Shown here: positions 1-11,577 of the stretch, piece by piece
Layout of the letters: each line of letters starts with the position of its first letter
Numbering within the stretch: the first letter of the stretch is position 1
Assembly: GCA_951406725.2 (NCBI GenBank)
Contig: OX597816.1
Span: 147,808,001 to 147,872,000, forward strand
Direction of reading: 5' to 3'
Origin: Octopus vulgaris
Lineage: Eukaryota
Length of the DNA stretch: 64,000 bases
The notes under the pieces: generated by a model
What the model saw: only the letters and a program-made list of their open reading frames with translations
The model's database searches: none
What the model was told of the DNA's origin: nothing
Made by a program: the position numbers and the translations under genes

Positions 1-2045
1 AATAAGTTTATAAGTAAAGATATGACAGACATAGTATTAGAAAAGCACAACTATGTAGCTTGTCCGTTGCTTTCTCTTTTTGCAAAGATTCCAATATTCG
101 CGTTTCGCAAGACTCTTTGTAAGACTTCTAAGTACTATCTACTAGCAAAGATTGCATTGCGAGGTAGTAGGTTAGAAAGCAAGAATAAACAATACGTGCT
201 TCATTACTGGAGCAAAGCTGCATCCGTGGATAATGTATTTATCTCATGTGAGACTGATCCATATGGTAGTATATAAATGCGATAGAGTAAAGTTTACTAT
301 CAAACAACGATATTATATAATTAATAAGTTTCAGGGTAGAGTACAGATACTCGTGTAATATATCGCGATATCCCTGCTTACTTATTCTTGCATATTTTCT
401 TTTCACTATTTAATGGTATTCTTAGACGTGAAAGAATTCCGATATATAATATTCGATTACATCTAGTACCGGTTTTTTTTAGTATATTTATACTGAATAA
501 CGTATTCCTATTGTCGTTACTGTGTTGGTATGCAAAACGAATGTTACACGGATAAAATTACGGTATGAAAATAGGAACCCAATTTTATCGCATGAAGAGA
601 AATTGTACTAAGGTTTTTTTTGGCGCCGGGAAAACCTGGCAATGTATTTGAAAAGTTAATATTTTCTTAATGAATGCCGCTAGCAATTTTCTATATTAGA
701 TGTTCTACTATTAGGGTGACTCAGCTGTTTTTACATCTTCTGCACATGGAAGTATATGCCATTGGCAATTAATTTATTTTTTCTAAATATCAAAACTATT
801 TGTGACAGCATATTAATTTGTCGTATCAACGTATTTTTGATCATATTTAAAATAATTTTCTGACGCTGGAACTCGTACATTTTCAAATTTATTAAATAGT
901 ATGATTCCAAATACAGATTAGTTCATGCCAAATAGCATTTTGTGAAATCCAAATTACATAAAACAATTCTAAGAACATCTCAAAATGACAATTTTATGAC
1001 ATCGGGTTACAAATGACACTAAAGCTTCTTTCGAGTGTTTTTAGTTGGACGTGACAAATAATTATTGATTTTTCAGCGATTTATATTCGTTGTTTATACT
1101 AGACTCATAGCTTAAAGCATTGTACTAGGAAATACTTTGTTTGCTTATATTTTGAAATAGAGTAATTTTGAGGGATTCAGACAGGTAGCATTTTCTCCCT
1201 GTAATAACAGTAATTTTCCATGTTGAACCAGATATTTGTTTTACTGAACATCTGAATAAACTGCTTAGGACTTCTATAACAAACAACATTCAATTTCGTT
1301 CGTTTCCTTCGATTACGTAAATGGAAAGTGAAGTTTCTGTTTTGAACATTCATGCTCGTTTATAGATAATACATTTCAATTTTCAATAAATTTTGATTCT
1401 GCATATTGTCTGTAGATACAGTTACATGGACAATTCTTACTCAACAGTTCTTTTTCATGTAATGATTCAGATTATGAAAATGCTTCTTCACTAAATCATA
1501 TCGGGAAATGCTTGAAATCTCAAAGCTAAAACGGGTGACATCAGAACCAAGTGTGGCATACTGAAGAAACTCCTATAGTAAATTTGTTCACTACTCTTAC
1601 CCCGTTTAAAATTAACGACTTTCCATTAAACGCCAGGTCTAAAAAGATATATATATATATATATATATATTTACTGAAGATATTATGCTTAATTTATAGG
1701 TATATATACAATATGTGTGTGTGCATGCACGTATGTTAATACATGTATTATACATATACATGTACGCATGTACATATATATATATATATATTTAAATTTA
1801 ACAATTAAGGATAACTTCTTAATAAGGAATCTTAACAAGAAACTATCAGGTAGTTAGCGTGAAAAACCTCAAGAGAAAAATTCGAAAGTAATTTTTTCCT
1901 TTTGAATATATTAATTTATATTATATAGAGGGCATTATTACACATAAATGCCTCACACTAAGAGGGACATAAGTCATTACTACCAAAATTTCACTAATCA
2001 TACCCAATGCAGTTTTTCAAAGCAAGACATTTAAAAGATGAATTT

Positions 2046-2112
2046 AGTCCTATATCACCTGTGATTTCGCACTTACCGCATAAAAAATGCGTCTATGTTC
2101 ATCGGTAGAACT
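2046..2112 (-). ncRNA. Second (antisense) copy of the same HHR motif, with G10.1 changed to A
   Basis: Reverse complement reads agttctaCCGATGAacatagacgcattttttatgcggtaagtgcGAAAtcacaggtgatataggact. Confidence 0.6.
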
Positions 2113-2367
2113 GATTCTGAATACATCATAAATAAACGACCAACACTACCTGATAATTTCTTGTTAAGATTCCTTATTAAGAAGTTATCCTTAATTGTTA
2201 AATTTTTTCCGAAAAATCTTTTCCTACCCGAAATGCAGTTCGAATAAGCCCGCCATTTACCGAATATATGATTTATAAACATCTCCATGTGCTTGGCCGG
2301 AGAGAGCAGTTTCCTGTTCGACTTCGCCAGGTAGTGTTGGTCGTTTATTTATGATGTGTTCAGAATC

Positions 2368-2434
2368 AGTTCTACCGATGAGCATAGACGCATTTTTTAT
2401 GCGGTAAGTGCGAAATCACAGGTGATATAGGACT
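2368..2434 (+). ncRNA. Type I hammerhead ribozyme motif, core CCGAUGA (U4C variant)
   Basis: Stem I AGTTCTA/TAGGACT; core CCGATGA at 2375-2381; stem II GCAT/GTGC extended by CGCAT-TTTTT-ATGCG; GAAA at 2412-2415; stem III ATCAC-AG-GTGAT; predicted AUA cleavage after 2427. Confidence 0.75.
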
Positions 2435-3073
2435 AAATTCATTTTTTAAATGTCTTGCTTTGAAAAACTGCATTGGGTATGATTAGTGAAATTTTGGTAG
2501 TAATGACTTATGTCCCTCTTAGTGTGAGGCATTTATGTGTAATAATGCCCTCTATATATATATATATATATATAGATAGATACGTACAGGCGTGTTCACA
2601 CCTACATATCATAGTATGTGTAACACTGGCATTAAGTTTCTCTCACGCATAATATCTGTGTATATACACACTCACAAACACACACTGGTGTGCATGTATG
2701 TAAGCTGGAAACTAATAAAATCTCGGCGTATATATTATGCAGTATTCGATACGGCATTCCGTCTCACTATACATTAACCCTGATATTCAATGAACTCCCT
2801 TGGTGCACGGAATTCAGGCACATATCACTGATTGAGTAAATTGGTGTGCAGGCGTGGTTATGGATACGAAAATTGTTTCCCATCTACAAGCTTATGGGTT
2901 CAATGCTACCACATGACAACTTGTGAGAGTATTTTTAGCTATAGCCACTATATAAACTTAGATAAAATAAGACTTAGATATGCTTCGGCCAAAGATGGGT
3001 CCAGGCCATGTCTAACTTAATAGCCCCACCTGATAGGATTATCTAAATCCTTTTTAAGTCAAGTTGTGTGGTA

Positions 3074-3620
3074 TTATAGTCCATTCAAGTAGTGAGTTCT
3101 TGTCGGGTGAGTTGTATCCAGGTATGAGTGGCTTATGTGGTATTCTTTGAAGTAATTTGTCCAGATTCCGTTTAAAGGTGATGGTATATTTTTCCTCTTT
3201 GATCGGTTTTGGGACAGAAATTTTGTCGCAGTGTACCTATATGTTGTGATCCTGAGTTGGGCAGGGGACGTATGGCCCGTGGTCACAGTCTTGGATGAAC
3301 CTTGAAGCTAATGTTCAGGTCGTTTAGGCAATGAGGGTAGTATATTCTTCCCATCGTTCCAATGATGTACCGCTCGCAGCGGCGCTGGAGAGATTAGAGT
3401 AGCATGGCTTTAAGGCGGTCCCAGTAATCGAGATCTGTCATGCCCTTAATTCGTTTAGTAAGTGCTCTCTGTGTTGATTCAATTTTTGAATGGGGAGATC
3501 ACAGAGAGCAGCAGTATTTGAGGTGTGGCAGTATAAAGGAAGAGAAAAGTGGAATAACACTTGTTCTCTGGACCGGAAGGTTCTTAAGATCCAGGAGCTC
3601 ATCCTACGAGCTACATCAAC
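3074..3620 (-). mobile_element. Degenerate 3' fragments of a CR1/L2-type LINE
   Basis: Minus-strand translation gives QRALTKRIKGMTDLDYWDRLKAM..SLQRRCERYII, typical of the LINE RT C-terminus, and ARRMSSWILRTFRSR. Confidence 0.65.
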
Positions 3621-4471
3621 CTTATTGATAATAATAAGTGGATGTAAACACATGAACAAAATAAGAATAAACAAAAACAACAACAACAAAAACAAATTAC
3701 ATGAACGTATATAAACAGAATATACAAATATTACAGGCACCCCCCCCCCACACACACACACACTAAATAAACATAGACGCACATAGAGATATAAGCATGC
3801 ACAAATGAAGACATACAATAGAAATACAAAATGGCTGACGGTTAGTAAGGAGAGACACAAATAAGAAAGAAGAAAAACAAAGGACCACTGATGCGGTCAC
3901 AGGAGTGTGACGAAAGAACTTTGGCCGAAATAAGATTAAGATTAATGTAAAAAATAAATAACACTGAAGCAAAATAACACCAAATATGTAGTACGTGTGT
4001 TTTTATTGGCTAAACTGTGTGTGTGTGTCTTTGTATCAGTAGTTGTCCCTCACCACCGTTTGACAACCGGTATTGGTGTGATTATATCTCTGTAACTAAG
4101 GGTTCAGCGAAAGGGACGATACACTAAGTACCGGGCCTTAATAAAATGAGTACTGGGATTGGTTCTTTCCACTAAAACCTCTTCAATGCGATGTGCTATC
4201 ATGGCTGCAATTTAATGAATGAAACAAGTAAATGATAGCAGATAAAATGTGTGCGTGTGCGCGCGCGCACGTATCTGTTTGTATCTGCATCTCCGTTTGT
4301 GTTTGTCCAGCAAACCGCTTGGCAGCTGTTGCTGATGTGTTTACGTCGAGAAGGGAGGCCGGTAGAATAAGAACCATATCTTTGAAAAATTAAATCCTGA
4401 TATCGATATGTTCGACGAAATCCCTCAAGGGATGCCTCCTTGCATTCCAATAATTGAAAGACGTAAAATAT

Positions 4472-4575
<104 letters not shown>

Positions 4576-4720
4576 GGGCACAGGTTTCGCTGTGTGGTAA
4601 GGAGTTTTCTTTCCAACCATATGGTTCCGGATTCCATCCTACTGTGCAACACCTTCAAAAGATGTCTCCTACTATCGACTCGGGCCGACCAAAGCCTTGT
4701 GAGTGTATTTGGTAGACTAA
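4576..4720 (+). mobile_element. tRNA-derived SINE, 5' part
   Basis: A-box-like gtgtggtaagg, B-box-like ggttccggattcc and a body ending ccgaccaaagccttgtgagt, shared with 6590-6745 and 63765-63875. Confidence 0.7.
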
Positions 4721-5415
4721 AACCGAGATTCTTCAGTCGATCCCAATAATGAAGACCTGCCATGTCATCTATTTTTTTATTGATCTCTTTGTTGCCTCAG
4801 ATTTTGTAAAACTTTGTTTCATGTTCGGAGTCATAGCGGGCAACAACATTCAATGTGAGGGCAGGCGAAGGTAGAGAAAGGTAATGTTAGGAGTATTGCT
4901 AGATCGGAAAGGCCTAAACATTCTGGAGCATGTCATAAAGATCATATCAACTTTGCTGTTTATGTAGTCACTCCAGTTTATGCTCTTATCAATAGTTACC
5001 AAGGACCCTAGAATTGTTTGATGTCAGGGGTGTAAGGTAGCTTAAGAGCAGCCTCTTTACCGAAGTAGATTATCATATGAGGGATGAAACTTACTTTTCG
5101 TTATTAATACCTTCAAATGAAACTCAGTAATTTTAGTATCGGGTTGAATCATTCACATCAGGCTTCTCTGCAGTTGTACGCTTAAATCACATCAAAAGTG
5201 ATCACCTTTCGAAATGTTTATGAAATTTATAACACTTCTTGATTATTATAAACTACAAATATTCATTCTAAATCCATTATAGTGTATATTCCACCGTTTG
5301 TCAGAAGAAATTTAACAGATGAAATCAGTACACTTGCATACATCATATAATATTCATGTACGTGCATGTACATACCAATATATATACATGCATCAACTAT
5401 GCACGCACATGCATA

Positions 5416-5448
<33 letters not shown>

Positions 5449-5451
<3 letters not shown>

Positions 5452-5750
5452 CAAATTTACAGAAAACAAAAGACGAAGACAAGTGTAGGAACAACAGGCT
5501 AGTATTAGTTTAACGCACGGGAAGAATGGAAAAGTGTTTTACGTTTCGAGCGTACGCTCTTCGACAGAAAGTGTTAAGAAGAAAAAAGGGAAAGAGAATG
5601 ACAAAAAAAGAGAATGAAATAAAAAAAAATGGCGAGAGAAAAAATGTGTAGGGTTTGACTTTTCAACATGATGAAACGGCCGGAGAAGAGTGGCTGAATG
5701 AAAGCGAAATAATAACGATGACTCGGCTGAACGAATTTGCTCAAGCATGT
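5449..5750 (-). mobile_element. Short PLE-terminus-like repeat with a minimal HHR motif (5537-5571, core CUGUCGA)
   Basis: Reverse complement reads TTT CTGTCGA A GAGCG TA CGCTC GAAA CG TA AAA. The downstream tail is similar to 7080-7163, 40200-40305 and 45648-45747, and abuts (TA)n. Confidence 0.65.
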
Positions 5751-6283
5751 GTGTGTGTGTGTGTGTGTTTATGTGTGGGTGGGTGTGTGTGCGCGTGTGT
5801 GTATGTGTGTATGATGATGGTCTGTGTGTGAATGTGTATATATTAATGGAGGCTAGTGCGTGAGTAGGTATGTGTAGACGGCCTGAAAATTATGTGGGCC
5901 TGTGTGTGAATATGTGTGTAAGTGATCCAGAGCCATATGCGTTACATGTACTGGTATGTATGTGTATGTGTGCGTATGGACATGTCTATATATGTGTGCG
6001 ATTATCATGTATATGTGCAAATGTGTGCGTATGCGTACAAGTAAACTAGTGTATGTGTTGTGTGGAGCGATGTGCGTTTTGTGCATTTGTGTTTGTGTGT
6101 GTATCTGCGTGTGCATGCATATGGGCGTGTGTATGTATGTGAGACTGAGGTGTGTGAGAGTGTGTGTATATGTATGTGTATTTCTGCTGTCCTAACGGCA
6201 ATTCTGTCTTCGAAACAATATCAACTAGTTTGTATTGTTCATATATAGATATGTTTCTTTATTAGCCACACAGGGCTGCACAC

Positions 6284-6394
<111 letters not shown>

Positions 6395-6589
6395 AAAGTA
6401 GGTGCAGCAGAACATTATGTAATCAAAGGAAAACAATCCAATTTGCGCATGCAGAAAATATTCCATATTTTCACGGCTAAAGAACAGTTGCTTAACAGTA
6501 TGCAAAAACTAACCCTAAGCTATTCGTACGTCCACAGAAGCACTTTCAAATAGTTCCATAGGAGTGACATATAATTTAGTAACCACCAC

Positions 6590-6745
6590 AGCTGTGTTGT
6601 AAGAAGCTTGCTTCCCAACCCCGTGGTTCCAGGTTCAGTCCACCTGCGTGGCACCCTGGCCGACTGTCTTCTACTAAAGTGTCGGACCGACCAAAGCCTT
6701 GTGAATGAATGTGGTAGGAGGAAAATGAAAGAAACCTGTCGTATA
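6590..6745 (+). mobile_element. tRNA-derived SINE
   Basis: Head aagaagcttgcttcccaacc..ggttccaggttcagtcc; body ggaccgaccaaagccttgtg; ends gaaagaaacctgtcgtatata. Confidence 0.75.
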
Positions 6746-6899
6746 TATATATATATGTATATGTATATCGCCTCCCCCACACCCCACACTACTACACAAC
6801 ACACCACCACACCACACACCATCATACCACACCATACCACATCACAACAGGCCCCTTCCATACGCACATACACGCTCTCACATACATACGCACGGGCAC

Positions 6900-7165
6900 C
6901 TTTGTTTTCGGATTTACACTAGTTTATTATCTCCCGTTCTTCCTAGCCCTCCTGTGTGAAAACCCTGTCCGGCATTCGCCATGATAGATCGGTAGCCACT
7001 AAACCTTTTTCTGCTTTCTCTCCCTGTTTATTTTAGTGTTCCCTCCCGTCGAAGAGCCGTAGGCTCGAAACGTAAAAGACTTTCTCACTTCCTGAGCGTT
7101 AAACTAATACATCTGTTTGTTGTTTACACACCCGTCTTCGACTTTTTTTTTGTAAATTCTCAATA
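6900..7165 (+). mobile_element. PLE-terminus-like repeat with a degenerate minimal HHR (7043-7078, core CCGUCGA)
   Basis: CCGTCGA A GAGCC GTA GGCTC GAAA CG TA AAAG; same family as the 5449-5750 copy; ends at (TA)n. Confidence 0.6.
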
Positions 7166-7593
7166 TATATATATATGAGTGTGTGTGTGTGTTGAAAAAA
7201 TACGGTTGAAAAAGTACACTTTGACCAACTACGTCTCGTATTCTCATTTCGACCTTCACTCTAAGTTCGGGATGATGTCAACCTTATAGTAGATTCTATA
7301 GCCATATCAAGTTTCCAAATCTCTCCCCCACATTTCTTCTCTCATAAACTATGGTAAACTAGCAAAATATTGTTAACCAAGCCAACATACACTTAGTTCG
7401 TTGCAGACTACATCGGTGGACGCTTTTTCAATAGACTGCTATTCAAATGGTTGGTAGCAAATACAATTGGTATCTTCCTATGCAGCAGACACACGCGCTG
7501 GACAAATTTAAACCAAATATGCCGTATAATTGACTGTAGAAAACAATATATGTCGATGCTATTAATCTCCGTATTCATTGTAATTACTTTATG

Positions 7594-7656
<63 letters not shown>

Positions 7657-7672
7657 CGATACTAGGTATATA

Positions 7673-7896
7673 TTTCTTTATTGCCCACAAGGGGCTAAAC
7701 ACAGAGGGGACAAACAAAGACAGACAAAGGGATTAAGTCGATTACCTCGACCCCAGTGCGAAACTAATACTTTATTTATCGACCCCGAAAGGATGAAAGG
7801 TAAAGTCGACCTCGGCGGAATTTGAACTCAGAACGTAACGCAGACGAAATACCGCTAAGCATTTCGCCCGGCGTGCTAACGTTTCTGCCAGCTCGC
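7673..7896 (-). mobile_element. Full-length tRNA-derived SINE with an 11-bp target-site duplication
   Basis: Minus strand reads ggcgagctggcagaaacgttagc (A box)...gagttcaaattcc (B box)...gaggtcgactttacctttcatcctttcggggtcgataaa. It is flanked by ctaggtatata at 7662-7672 and 7897-7907. Confidence 0.9.
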
Positions 7897-8169
7897 CTAG
7901 GTATATAATTGTGTTGAGCATGCATAATGTTATGAATACTTATAACATTACGCACAAATAAAATTTAAGAGTTATGTTTTTTGTGTCTTAATATCAATGA
8001 AATTTCAGTGGATTAAAACAGTAAATACGCCTGTGTTGTTATTCAAGCATGGTGGTGTTCTATAGAGAAAATAATACAGAGGAATATTGAGGACAGTTGT
8101 TGTGTATAAAGTAGAAACTGACAATATGCATACATAAACGCACAAATACACGTATATACAGGCATATAT

Positions 8170-8270
8170 ATAACGGGAAGCTTTATGAAAATAAACAAAA
8201 GACGAAGGCAGGTGGAAAACAAACGAACAATTGTATTAGTATGGCGCTCAGGAAATATAAATAAAACAAA
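8170..8270 (-). mobile_element. Truncated copy of the 40110-40305 repeat tail, lacking the HHR
   Basis: Near-identical reverse complement of 40208-40308, flanked by (TA)n. Confidence 0.75.
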
Positions 8271-8272
8271 TA

Positions 8273-8303
<31 letters not shown>

Positions 8304-8811
8304 GTGTGTGTGTATGTGTGTATGTGTGTATGTATATATGTATGTATATAAATCCACGTAAACGAATCAATAAAACAGAGGAATGTAATCCTGAGGGATC
8401 TACCTATGCAAATGCTAAAATAAGTAGATATATCTAATCCCACCTTGTATTTGTGCATTTCAAAAGCATAAATTCCCATATTTGTTTGGGTTTTGTATAT
8501 ACCTCTGTGTGTGTGAATGTTTGTATGCGTGTGTGTGTCTTTCTATATGAATACATCATATTATATGGATTGTAATGTGTGTGCAAGGTTTAATGGATGA
8601 GATACGTAGAATATATTTTCGTGCATAAAAATGGAAATTCTCTGAAAAGATAAAAACTAAAATAACGGTAAAAATATAGAAACATTTATATTAGATTTAA
8701 TGGGAACTTTACATTTACATATATCTTTGTCATATTTTCGTGTAGGAATGGGAAAAATACACAGTACTCTTGTTTATGATGGTACGTAAGGTACACACGG
8801 CGAGGCATAAG

Positions 8812-8852
<41 letters not shown>

Positions 8853-9237
8853 AAACAGACACATACACATATATAAATTTGTACAAACACATATATATCT
8901 ATCTGTCTATCTTTCTATGTATACAAATTTATGTTTAAACTTATCTATTTATATGCATGTACACACACACATTCACATACACACACATATATACATACAC
9001 ACACACACACACTTATATATATATATATATACATTGTATGTATGTATGTATGTATGTATGTATTATGTATGTATGTATGTATGTATGTGTAACTATCTAT
9101 CTATATACTTATATGTTTCTTGATATAAACACGAGGGAAAAGATGAGAAAACATGTGCGTGTGTGAATTTGTATACTGCCATGTATGTGTCTACGTACGT
9201 CTATGTAAATGTATTTGTGTGTATGTATGTGTATGTG

Positions 9238-9268
<31 letters not shown>

Positions 9269-9600
9269 TTGTGTGTGTGTGCTTGTATAATATAATATAA
9301 AACAATCGCGCATACAAACGTGCACTCCAACAGGTAGAAACGCACGCAAATACACACACGTAGACCATACGTATCTATGCTACCCGGCATTAGATATTCA
9401 AGCAGTATTTTACCCATAAATCGCAAACATTGCATTTCTCATGGATTCTGTCAAATGTGGAAGAAAGATATAACATTTATAGATAGAGTCACCTTAGATA
9501 TAGAATACAGATATATGTTGTAGAATATGAAAATGCTATCTAAATCATCTCTCTTTCGTATAATGGGCTTAATATCAAAACACGTTAGTCTCTCTCTCCA

Positions 9601-9655
<55 letters not shown>

Positions 9656-9806
9656 TTCTTTCTTTCTCTTCGTCTCTTCCACTCTCCCACTATATATTTT
9701 TCTTCTCGGTACACAGAGAAACATTCCTCTTCTAAGCATGTATAAATATATGTATACGCTGTCTCTCTTTTTCTTTTTCTCACTCTCTCTCCCAATCTTT
9801 CTTTAT

Positions 9807-9874
<68 letters not shown>

Positions 9875-10156
9875 TAAGAGAGAAATATAGTTATACATAT
9901 GTACCATATATTTGTGTCTATACATACATATATATGTGTGTGTGTCTGTGTGTACATTGTGTGTGTGTGTACATGGGGTGTGTGTATGTATATGGTTGTG
10001 TTTGTGTACACACACATACAACCATATATATGCATACATATCAAAAAGCTGGTTTCCTGTATTCTTTGGGGTGTATATTACTACCTTGGATGGAAACCGG
10101 TGCATGAATCGACAGCACAACCTTTCGATCAAGTGACTACAAGAGATTAGCATTAT

Positions 10157-10187
<31 letters not shown>

Positions 10188-10263
10188 CGCACACGTATAT
10201 ATGTTTATATATATGCATTTATGTATTTATGTATGAATATATGTATGCATGCTCGTATATATA

Positions 10264-10314
<51 letters not shown>

Positions 10315-10320
10315 CATATG

Positions 10321-10363
<43 letters not shown>

Positions 10364-10978
10364 ATAGATAGATAGAATCAAATGATACATCGCAATGCAG
10401 TTCCGCCATAATTTAGATCGTAAATATTGAATACTTAACAAAACAACTTCTCAAACCTAAGGTTCAATTTGAATATTGAAAGCCATTATAGAGAAAGAAT
10501 AATATTTAAATTAGAAAATATTCGAATATTCAATGCGTTTTAGTTATCTCGTATTTAACATGTGGATACAAAAGAAAATATTGTAAGGTTTTGAAAAAAG
10601 TGCCAAAGCTTTCATTATTATGGCGCCATAAAAAAAATCATGTTTTCACAAACCAAAATCACGTATTTCAAAATTCAGTGTACGAAATGTCCTCCGCTAT
10701 AATTTATATATCTCATATATTTATGCACGAACGGTAAAACTATATTTTGGCGCAGTTGACTAATGAATCTGAAAGCAGTTATTCTTACAAATTGTTCAAG
10801 TTCTTAGAAATGTATTTTATATCCATAGAGAATTTTAGATAACCATGAACCGACCCGTATATTTCAATACGGTGATATAAAAACGTATTTCGATTTTCTA
10901 TTATATTGTTAACAAAAAAGGGCGTACTACTTACTAATGTTAGAGATACATTTATATGTAGATATATGCATGTATATT

Positions 10979-11400
10979 TTACATACAAAATTAAGAGGAA
11001 TGGCCGCTTAAGTAGATTTCTGATATGCTAAATATAGACGTCAAATCGCCATTACTACGAAGAGTCTGTTCTCAAGAAAATAAAATTCAGCAAACGCCAA
11101 AATGCAAAAATGAGCAAGACAAATGAAAATATGCAAAATAAATTGTGTTTTGTAAATGACAGACTGTACTGATGATCTTGCAGATATTTACATACGTAAA
11201 TATTAACAAGTAAAACCATGGACCGTAGGTAATCGTTTTTTATTTCGTATATTTTCATTTGTGTTGCTCATTTTTGCATTTTGGTGCTTGCTGAAATTTT
11301 TTCCTTCAGAACACACTCTTCGTAGTAATGGCAATTTGACGTCTATATTTAGCATATTAGGAGTCCTCTTTACTGTTCCTTATCTTAATTTTGTATGTAA
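10979..11400. mobile_element. Foldback element with ~170-bp arms and a decayed HHR in the spacer
   Basis: 10979-~11152 is the imperfect reverse complement of ~11238-11400. The spacer contains CTGATGA (11169-11175). A related hairpin copy is at 51360-51505. Confidence 0.7.
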
Positions 11401-11484
11401 TATAATTTTTAATCTTCGGATATTTTAAATATGCTAAGCCACTGTTTTTAATTAATTAGTATCAATTTCTACCCTCATTATTTA

Positions 11485-11531
<47 letters not shown>

Positions 11532-11577
11532 AAATAAGACTTGTATTCCCATGCAGGAAAGAATATAAAAAAATGGT

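Larger units (their letters stand above)
1797..2556. mobile_element. Non-coding nested inverted-repeat element (A-B-A'-spacer-B'), probably PLE pseudo-LTR derived, carrying two HHR copies
   Basis: 1797-1853 is the reverse complement of ~2147-2203, and ~1922-2152 is the near-perfect reverse complement of ~2328-2556. Both ends abut (TA)n. Partial copies occur at ~28283-28406 and ~56240-56448. Confidence 0.8.

Noticed and set aside
615-634. ttttggcgccgggaaaa, an E2F-like double site
   Set aside because: A single short motif with no nearby gene or promoter evidence.
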